A stretch of 48,639 nt of DNA, the filler included, from Bipalium vagum (Eukaryota), in assembly GCA_037834085.1 (NCBI GenBank). It is 2 parts of 2 records of this genome, joined end to end, with 100 filler letters (N's around TTAATTAATTAA, not from the genome) between each part and the next. Parts side by side here need not be neighbours in the genome. Positions count along the whole stretch, not along the records: positions 27,794 to 48,639 come from JBBMKC010245463.1; 1 more part is not named here. One strand, given 5' to 3'. This document shows positions 38,433-48,639 of the stretch, in pieces (the stretch's first letter is position 1; every line of letters starts with the position of its first letter). The notes below the pieces were generated by a model that made no database searches, was not told the DNA's origin, and worked only from the letters and a program-made list of their open reading frames with translations. The translations under genes and the position numbers were made by a program.

Positions 38433-39220
38433 TTGGGTTGCTTCATAAGTCTATGTGTTTTTAATGAAAATATTATGCATGTCTTATAGATAAGAATCTA
38501 GCAATAAAACAATTTTTATTTAGAAAAATAAAGAACATTATGTTCAACTGTCTTAATCCAACGATGGACAAGTTTTTCGATGCCACTCCGGTACCATGCT
38601 TTATCTTTGGAAAGGAAAAATTCACGACATATATTTTCAACCTGTTTTATATTCTCAAACTGTCGTCCTCTAAGAAAATGAGCCATTGATCGTGGTAATC
38701 GCTGGGTCTAGACTGAACGCAGGATGTGGAAAAATTTCAATTCCTACTAATTGGGTTATTTTATTTTGCAATACTCGTGCATCATGCGGACGAGCATTCT
38801 CCTGTTGCAGAAGCATTCGCTTTCTGTTGATTAAAGCAGGATATTTTATTGCTAATTGTTCTTGCATCTGATCGAGTTGAGCAGAATATAACTCAGCGGT
38901 AATGGTTTGGCCATCTGGAAGTACTTTGAAGTTTATAATCCCCTCAAAGTTCCACCACACGCATAACATGATCTTTTTTATCAACCTATATTGTTTTGGA
39001 ACAGTCTTGGGCTTCTGGCGTACCTCCAACCATTGATTTCTCCTGTTCGGATTATAAAAATATATCCATTTTTTGTCCCATGTTACTATGCGACGCATAA
39101 AGTGTTCATCATTTGAATAATTTAATAAATCACGACAGATCGACAAAGGACGTTCAGCTTGACTTTACGTAAATCACGTGGTACTTCAGAAACGCGCTTG
39201 TATCGCTTGTTATGTTGATG
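38433..39220 (-). mobile_element. mariner (DD34D) element, 3' part
   Basis: TA|TTGGGTTG TIR. ORF 38670-39146 has RIVTWDKKWIYF, KIMLCVWWNFEGI, QENARPH and PHPAFSLDPA. Confidence 0.9.
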
Positions 39221-39222
39221 TA

Positions 39223-39585
39223 TTAGGTTGTCCAGTATGAAATATCGTATTTTTATCTTAATTTTCAAAATTAAATTACTCGATAAATATTAATCGAAAA
39301 TCTTGTTTAAATGTTCCAAATAAAAGCCAGATTTTCAAAGTTTATTTACATTGTAAAAGTAAGAATATTAATTAAACATATATTTTTATTTTTCATTCTT
39401 TTCTAGAAATGGTAGATCAACAAATTCGCATATGCATGCTGTACGAGTTTAAACTCAAACACAAGGCATCACAGGCAGCCGAAAACATCAATGTTGAATG
39501 GGGGGAAGGCAGCACTAACGTACGGACTACACAGCGATAGTTCAAAAAATTTTGGGATGGTAACTTCAGCTTGGTGACTCCTCAT
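39223..39585 (+). mobile_element. mariner element, 5' part, abutting or nested in the previous one
   Basis: TA|TTAGGTTGTCC TIR. MVDQQIRICMLYEFKLKHKASQAAENINVEWGEGSTNVRTTQR*FKKF is a Mos1-like HTH. Confidence 0.85.
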
Positions 39586-42500
39586 TTTGTGTAACTCGTT
39601 GTGTTCGAAATCCCTCTCAACTCCTTTGAATGTAAAACACCCTCCACTATACAATATCCGCTCCCTCAATAATCAATTCGAAATATTTTAAATAAAACTT
39701 TATTTGTATTAACAATTACAAATATTAAATCGATCACAAAAAAAAATTTTTTATGAATAAACTGAAATCTCGCTACCACTGAATGCGAATTTAATAATAA
39801 TGATAATAATTTAATAATAAAATTAAAACAATGAAAACAAATAAATTAAAATGAACAAAATCAGTCTCACCAAGAGCGACAAGGGGTCCCCGGGTCACCC
39901 TCTAGTCCCTTCTCAGGTCGCCTAGGGGTTCCCAAGCTCGCTGCATAAATAAAAAATAAATTCGGCTGCATAATCAATAATTATTTCGGAATTGACGTAC
40001 TGAATCTGGATACTTCTGGCTACTTCTGGTCATCAACGGGAATAGCCGTCTCCTTTTATAGGTGTAGAGATTGATCTACAGGAATCCATTAGCCTGATAA
40101 AAAAAAATAATCCCCACGGCGGGATTTTGTCATTATACAAATGACACAAAAAAATATTTTATCCTTAGAAAAATTATTAAAATATTCTTACTTAAATTAT
40201 TTAAAAATTATTATTATTATTAATTAAAAATTAGACATTTTATTATTATCATCGAAAACGTATTATTATTATTATTATTAGAATTTATTATTATTATTAT
40301 TCAAAATTATTATTTTTTTCAAAACCCAAGCTCTTATATACTAAAACACGAACTTACGAATCAACCTAATAATGTAGATAACAGATTTGAAAATAAAGTA
40401 GTCTGTAAAGTTATATTTTCATCTTTTTTCTTAAATCTACAGATTTACCATTATCATGAATTATTTAAAATTTTATTTTATTAATTGTTTTTAAAACTTT
40501 ATTCGAACCCAACCAAATTGTAGAAGAAAAACAATTTTATGATCTGTATTAATGTCAGTAATAAATAAGATGTATAAATAATAAGTATTCAGTGAATTTT
40601 GAGCTCAAGGTTATATAAATAATAAATAATATTGATTAAAAACTATAAGTACTAAATAAATAAATAAAATTGCCAAGTTGTTTAAATTTAATAATAATAG
40701 CAGATTTTTAAACTTAAAGGCTCCTTTTTGATCTCATTAATCATTTTACACACTATTACTAGCATTTTATAAAATGTACATTTGTTAAACTAACTTCTGA
40801 AAATATTAAAATTTAGTTTTCTGCAACTAATATTCATAAGCTTTTCGTAATATTTATTCTAAGTTAGCACTATCTGAATCAATTAATTTATAAATTAAAC
40901 CATTAGTTAACAGTTCAATAATAAATATTACTTCAGTCCATTTTGTATCAACCTATATTTTATAGAATTAAAACAATTAGTATACTTAAAATATTAAATT
41001 TGAATTTTTGCCAACTGAGACTTCAGCAAACTAAGGTTACTAAGCTATTCATGAGAGCCTACAGTTTTACTATAATTATTAATATTTGATATATTTTTAT
41101 TATGTTAGGAAGTTTCATTATAAGATATATAAACCATTCTATAAATTCTGAGATTATGTTAATAAATATATTATTAATAAAAATAAATAAAATATGATCC
41201 TGGTTAAACTTACTTTAAAAATGTGCTTCCTTGTAATTTCTCTATGAAATTATTATTTTTATTAATATTTTTTTTTATTTTCTTTTTAAAAAATTTTGAT
41301 TCAATGAAGCTTCATGAGGCAAACCCTAATTTTAATTTATTTCAACTACTTTCCTATCAAAATACTTTTACATACCTCATAACAGAAACAAGTATTTATT
41401 GATTATTCTTTTTTTATAGAATTAAAAATTTATTACATCAAAATTAGACATTTATTTAAATTTTTTATTATTATCTGTTATTTAAATGTGACTTATTTTA
41501 TAGATTAGATTTTTTATGTTTCTTTTTATTATTTAGACCAAATCATAAACTAGATTACTAGAATACTAAGATCATTATAATATCTTAATTTTCAAAATAG
41601 GTAAAATATCCCAATTAAGATCTTTCTAAGTGGCCTTCAAAATCTTTGCACACTTAAGCAGGTGTAAACTTTGTTGTCTCTGCATATTCTTCTAACTTAT
41701 TTTTCGGTCCCTTTTTTAATTCTGTCAGTTGTTGTCTGTAGTGTTCAGAAATGACGATTTGATTCGTGATACACTACACCCTTTTGGCGTCATTATTCTC
41801 CATGGTATCGATTTGGACGGTTTTGATGTTGATTTTCTTCCTAGAGTATTAGAGTACTAAAGTATATTCAATTTTCATTTCCAGTTAAAATGCGTTGCAA
41901 AACACTTTGAATTCAAAACAAAATAGATTTTACACATTTTCCGCTAATCCATGTATTTTTTCAGTTCATATGTCCATCCTTGATACCACATTGCTTCTTT
42001 AAAAATCTATCCTATGGGTACCAAACACACAGAATTATTGTTCTATAAACATTTCACAATGGTGAGTCCTCATGTATGATAAGCACGGATGTTCATTGAT
42101 CAGAAACATTTTCGTCTAAACTATTATGGCAAGCATACTTTCAAAGGTGCAAAATGGTGGAAAGCAATTGAAAGATATGATAACTGTTTTCCAAATATGC
42201 AGTCGCATTAAAAGAAAAGGTTTCTTTCCTTGTAATTCAGAAGTCCCAGATACTAACCTGCTATCGTGGAGATATGTCTGATTCGAACAAATTCGCTCGG
42301 ATGACTATATAGTTTTTGTCTTAGTATGTTTGACGACTTGATCGAGCATGACTGTAAGCAAAATAAGTATTTCTTTGATCCTAGATAAATTTCTAGTTCA
42401 TCCGACAAGATGATCATTATTCTCTTTTCCTTACCTACAAACACCAAGTCTCTCAAAGCAACTTATAGATTCTGGATTATTGGCAACACGATGTACCACC

Positions 42501-45092
42501 ACAGACTGGATGATTGCGGAAATTCACAACCAGCAACTGTTCTAGATCAAATATTTTCATGCAGTGTACATCTTCAAGGACTACTGGAAGAAGTTGAAGG
42601 ATATCACAAAAAGGAGCTGTTTCGAATAATTTGGATTCGATGCTATTGATGAAGATCTAGCAATGAAGCCTGTGGAAGAAAATTCTGCAAACTTTGAGCG
42701 AGTGACAGATAATTTCAGTCAATATATAGACATTTATGATGATCGTATCACATATCCATCAAAAGAGGTAGGCTTTTAACTAGCAAGTAGAAGTGAAGAA
42801 CGGAAAGAATGCAGACAAAACGAAATATCGCAATCACTTGAAGAAAGCTCACCTTCTCGGACAGAAGCTCGAGCTTGCAAACAATTCAGAAATTATTTGA
42901 AGGAAACGGCAATGGATTATCTGCTTAGAAATTCTACGTGCGATGGAAGAATATTTAACTCAGCTTTCATTTACAAAGAATTGAAAAAATGCAATCACAA
43001 TATTTTTAAACATTAAAAGAAAAATTATTTGACCACAATACTTTATAGCTTTATTCTTTATGTACGAGAAAAAGTTGAAACAAGCATTGTGACCACTATG
43101 GACTTTTGGAAATCAATTAAATATTTATAGGAAGGCAGTTATCAGATACTTAAGGAAGTAGAAATTCATGTAATGATAAGTTCGTCTTTCGTTCGTCCTG
43201 TCATTTTCGGTCTTGTTGATCACAAATTCTACTATATATATAATTTTAATTGTTATACATGAAAAGTTAAATAAATACACTTTATAATTAAATTAAACCA
43301 ATAAATATTTATAAAATTAAGATTCCCGTTGTTTAATATTTATATTTGTACAAAAATTCTGTGTTAAGAAAATAAAATTTATTGACCTCAAACCTCTTGA
43401 TGTTAATATGATGACCACATCAGTACGTTTTGCCATTGTTCAGTAAATGAATCTTGTTTCAAAAAATAACACAGTTATGTTTTAAATGAACCAAAAACGT
43501 CATTGAATAATTCAATATATCACATAAAAATATTGAAATTTAAAGAAAAACAAGTAATCATAAAACATGTTTTAGATAATCAATTGAGGTCCAAAAAATA
43601 TAAATCATTAAAATGAAGTTTGTCAATAATTAATTCCAAGCTTCAAATATTATTTCACACTATCGAAAAAATAAATAGCTCATTAAAACAAAACGTCGAC
43701 AAAGTTTCAACACTGTTTTCAAGTCAAACAATTTTCAAAGCATGTAAAACTGTTAGTGCGAAACATGATAATTGAGTTGATATAATTATTTTTCTCAAAC
43801 AGCTTTTAATTTCTACTTGATCTTTCTGCCATACTGTAAACAGACAGTTGAGACAACATAAAATCAATTATTTTTCGAAGATAAAAAAATTTACGAGTAT
43901 CATATAATTCAAACATGCATGAAATAAATCTAACAAGTATACTGTCTTTAATTACAAACACTTGTGTCTAATATTCCCACACGTCACAGACACACACAAA
44001 ATACAAACCCACACACACGCGCTCTGAAACACATCAGCAAACACTCAAACCAGATCCTAATACATTCACGCCAATTACAACGACAACAAACTTGAAAATT
44101 ATTAAAAATAAAAAAACTGCCAACCTCATCGCATTTCAGGAACTTATTATATTCACACAAATATTCCAGAGAATTTTTGCTCATTCTTTTATTTGTTATC
44201 GACTTACACAATTTTTATCAGTGACAGAAATTTATAGGAACAAGCCATCACACACAACCATTTCATACACACACATTCACTCAGACATTGTTTGATGGAA
44301 AAATGTAGAAAAATAAAATTATTAATTTCCCTAATAACTATTCCTGTTTAAGGCTGTTCAATTTCCTTTAAAAATTATTGTTGTGTGCGTGTGTGTACTT
44401 TTAATGTGTATTAACATGTTGGTGGATATATCGAGTATGTAATCGGGTTGTATATGAAAGAGAAAGATATTGGAATATGGAAAAAATTAATAAAAGAGAC
44501 AGCTCCACTTTATCAGATCGGCATAAAGGCAAACATTTACAAGCATTCTTAGGGAAACACATACACACATATAAACCAAGTATACTCAGAGATATTTTTA
44601 TAGACACACACACAAACCACGAATACTCACTGACATTTTTACACACGAACAATTGAAATAGGAAATTCTTTCCCATTAGAAAATTGCAATTATTACGATT
44701 TTCCATATATTATATATCATAACATATCGTGATGGTGTTTTTATTGATTAACTAATCAATATACATGATTATTGTGCAAACAAATACGCTCTTCATCATT
44801 TGTTGGATATTTTCGTCGATCCCGGAATTGTTGTGTGTGGAATATCAGATCAAGAAGTATGGATATGGCAGTCAGTTGCTAACTCCTTTGTTTTTCGTTG
44901 ACTAATAATTCAACTTTATTCACCATTGATTTCGTTTGATAATTTATTCTCTATCTATTGTTGATTGTTTGTTTTGAATTTCCAAAACCGAAAATACCGT
45001 TGGGAAAAACCGACTAAACACAATATTGTCCACGAAATTGTCTGTGACTTTCTGTTTTCTTTTGAACGATTCTCAATTCCAATCTCAATCCG

Positions 45093-47648
45093 ATGCGTTA
45101 CAACGAATACGGTTCAACAACCATCATTAAGAACGATGAAAAAAGTTCAGATCAATCTTCATCGATCCGATCCGAAGACAACGAGAATGCTGCTTTCGAC
45201 AATTGCAATATCGATGCCAATTGCCGTTATAATTGCCAGAAAAATGACAGCCAAATGGAGTGCTTTAACAGTCCTTACGTGCCATCGAATAACAAGACCC
45301 AAAAGGGTATTTTGACCACAGCCATAAGCATCGATGATGGATCAAAGACCACGTCGATGAGATCACTGGCAAAAAGAACGATCAATCTCAGGTTTCCGGG
45401 AATGCAGACGTCCACTTCGAAATCTTTGTTTATCTTTTCCGAAGAAAATGTCATCAGAAAATATGCGAAAATTATCATCGACTGGGGATATCCTTTTATG
45501 AATTTGTTTAATTTTATTTTATTTTAATTTTCGATTGTAAAGTATTTTTAGAAAAACAACCACTTAACATTGATGAAACATATTGGATGGGGGAAACGTT
45601 GGTTTCGTATTTTATAAAACGGTTGTTGCGTTAGGTTTCTCAACAAATGAGGTAGGTGTTTCCAGACGAGTTTTAACATGAGCTTAGTTGTTTATTTGAA
45701 AGTTTTAAGAGAAGGAATTTTGTTGAAGAAGAAAGGAAGTTCTCTTTCCGGTTCATACTGTAAAGAAAACTCGAATGGAATAAATTTCAATTCTATGCAA
45801 GATTTTGGAGAATATTTTGTAAATTTTTTCTCCACGAAATCTAAGAAATTTTTCAGTGATGAAATAATTATTTTATCTGACTAATGGAAAAAGATTATCG
45901 ATGCAAAAGGTGCATGTGTAATTTAAATGAATATTTTTGCTTTACTTTTTCTGTTCAGTTTCAATTTTTATAAAATACGAAGAAACGAATATACCCACCC
46001 AATATAGATGTATTTCCAAATGATCATCATGTTAATTCGATATTTAGTATCTAAGTTTTAAAAAATATTTTTCTATTTATCTAAAAGTAACCTGCACCTA
46101 AATCAAAAAGGTTCAGCTTTGTTCTACAATAAATCTATGCGATATGTTTCTCAAATAAAATAGAAAAAACTACATGAATTGAAATATAGAAGTTTTGTCT
46201 CTTTTACATTACTTATCTGGCTTATCGCCAACAGATTACCATTCGTTTAAGTCTGTGCATGCATTTCTTTCCAAACAAAGTTCATGGAAACCACTGAGGT
46301 ATTGACAGTGATATGGTTCATTTTTCCAAATTTTATATCAAGATGGAAAAATAAATCATTATTAGCACAAATGCATTGATAACAATGAAAAATATTTTGA
46401 TTAATAAAATGTAAATAGTTTTTTATGATTTACTTTTGTTACTAATTAAAAACCAAAATTTCATTGGAGACATAATATTATGTCTTTTAAATGATGTAAT
46501 TTTAACATTAATTCATCAATTGTTTGTTAAAATCTGGCATTATAACTGACATATATAGAAGGGTTCTCGGGTTGTCATCCACTGAAAATTAGCATATTTC
46601 AATTACTGATATAATCCTAGAACACTTTAGGCAGGAGAATATGTTATATTATAACTCATAAGCATGAATTATTTTTACCCAAATGTCGGCCTATTTCCAT
46701 ATAATATTTGATTTATGGCTGGCTATAAGAAAATAACCTGTTTATCTAACCTCTTTATTTAATAATTGTTGAGAAATATAATTTTTGTTTACTATTAATT
46801 ATTTATTGACAAATATGATTTTGTTTTAATGAAATTATGGATTTATGATAATTTTTGTTAATATCATATTAGAAAATATAATAAATAATTTAATCATAAA
46901 TCAATAAAACGATTATGATACTTTTTATTTCTCTTATTTCACGATTAATATAATTTTTGGCAGAAAAAAATTTTAAAAAAACAAATTTTTGGAATTATTT
47001 TAAGAAAAGTATTATAAAGATTAAAGTCAGGTAGGAAACTATTATGACTTCAAAAAGACATCGATTGAAAAGAGATAATTTAAGACGAAACATTAAACTC
47101 GGTTTGTCGGAATATTATTCAAACGATTATAACAATTTTAGACTTCCTAAACATTTATTATGGTATTGAGTCGCAATATTTTTCATCTATTTATTTATAA
47201 TTGTTTAAACAAATAGTAAAAATATTATTAGAAAATTCAGTTAAATACTTTATTCTAAAGCAATTAGTTTAATAATTGCAAAATAAGGAAAATATTTCTC
47301 CTACTTTAATGAATTTCTTTGACTTTATTCTCAGAGCGAAAACCATTTTTAAAACAAGGTTTTAATATATATTTCTTTTAAAAGAAAATTTTATATTAAT
47401 ATTATATATATATACTAAAAATATAAAATTCTCTTTCCCCATAAATAATTAATTTCCTTTTATAATATATTGAAAAATTTATTGATTTTTTTATAACAAT
47501 AATTCATAATCATTATTATTGATCTCTAACTCAATATATTACGCCATTCGAATATATGGTTTTATTGACAATTCTGGCCAACTGTTGTGTACTGTCATTG
47601 GAAAGACATTTACCAAAAAAAGATAAAACGCCTCTGGCTGAGAAACTG
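45093..47648 (+). CDS. Voltage-gated calcium channel alpha-1 subunit, Cav2 (cacophony/UNC-2/CACNA1A-like). First two coding exons 45093-45487 and 47543-47648; the gene continues beyond the window
   Basis: Spliced translation ...[23 protein letters not shown]|[35 protein letters not shown] matches the Cav2 N-terminus, domain I S1 helix and HLP..DKTP loop. Confidence 0.93.
45488..47542 (+). other. U12-type (minor spliceosome) AT-AC intron, 2055 bp
   Basis: 5' site ATATCCTTT; branch-point-like TCTCTAAC at 47523-47530; terminal AC at 47541-47542. Removing it restores the frame (GG|G). Confidence 0.93.
45583..46002 (+). mobile_element. Internally deleted mariner within the U12 intron
   Basis: Imperfect TIRs (TTGG.TGGG...TTCGTATTTTATAAAA) flanked by TA. 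Internal [15 protein letters not shown]...WKKIIDAKG is a mariner C-terminus. Confidence 0.75.
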
Positions 47649-48583
47649 GTGGGATCATATTTTAATTAAATATTCAAATTAAAACTTTTATTCAATTTGA
47701 AAATCATTTGCCATATTTATAACAAGAGTCACAGTTTATCTGTTTTTCATTTAAATGAAAATATTAATTAATGAATTTAAAAAAAACTACTGTGAAAAAT
47801 TTGATTTCCATAAATTATGATGTTATAAATAATGCAGTGAGAAAAGATTAAAATAAGAAATAGAAAACAGTTTAAATGGAAATAGATATTTATTATTTTA
47901 ATTATTTTTGCAGCTTGACAGTTGATTAATGTAAATGAAAATAAATTGTAATCATTTTAAGTGATTATTATATAATAATTGATTTATTGACATATTACGT
48001 TATTAATAATTATAATTCAATATTTTTGTATAATAATATTATTTCAGTTATTAAAAATAAATATTTAAAAATAATTTAATTTTTATTTATATTTTTATTC
48101 CTTAAATTTGTATACTTTAGCAAATTTAATAAAGTGTAATTTTGAAAATTGAAAAATATTATTAATCTCTAAGCCATATGCAACGGGATTATTATTTTTA
48201 CTAGGCAGATTGTCCATAAATTATCATATGTTCTTCAAATATTAATTCATTTTATCATGCCTCAATTGTCATCATGGCATATTTTCCAGTTGGTTTTATT
48301 TAACTTCCATCATATCAGGTGTCCTATTTTTTATTTAGAAATATACGGAAATTTAAATCATTAAAATTTCTCAAAAAGAATTTTTGGAACAAATATTTAT
48401 TTAAGTACTATTTAATGCAAGAAAACAATAAAATGATTTTCATGAGGAAATATACATATAATATTTCGATATATGAATTTTATTTATTTACGCAATACTT
48501 ATTTCTTCGATTTTTCTTCCAATTCATCTCAGAAATATAATGTGCTGCGTTCGCCAAAGGCATGACCCAATGATATATAATTT

Positions 48584-48584
<1 letters not shown>

Positions 48585-48639
<55 letters not shown>
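48585..48639. repeat. (AAT)n microsatellite
   Basis: Pure ATA repeat running to the end of the window. Confidence 0.97.

Noticed and set aside
41620-42960. Helitron-like and LINE-like coding debris
   Set aside because: Only vague resemblance; no catalytic motifs.
48319-48580. Cav2 exon 3
   Set aside because: No AG-preceded frame encodes the expected IS2 helix. The next exon is probably outside the window.

Overview
This is eukaryotic (animal) genomic DNA, very AT-rich and dense in transposable elements (TEs). A flatworm-like invertebrate is plausible from the ~50-70 bp introns and a Ulp1-bearing NeSL-type retroelement, but that is inference. Host genes: (1) a complete 7-exon syntaxin-16 (2072-4778, 327 aa); (2) an intact intronless ORF for a predicted secreted ~264-aa protein (10030-10824); (3) the first two coding exons of a Cav2-type voltage-gated calcium channel alpha-1 subunit (45093-47648), joined by a U12-type AT-AC intron. 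Between them lies a TE graveyard. It includes a decayed Polinton/Maverick (adintovirus-like) endogenous virus with PLA2-like, integrase, penton, packaging ATPase, hexon and pPolB remnants. It also holds Gypsy LTR relics, a NeSL-like non-LTR relic, many Tc1/mariner/DD37E fragments, Merlin and hAT relics, and a Stowaway-like DD39D deletion derivative inside a syntaxin intron. A 100-bp artificial N/TTAATTAATTAA linker at 27694-27793 means the two halves may not be contiguous. All family calls come from motif recognition by eye, not from database searches.
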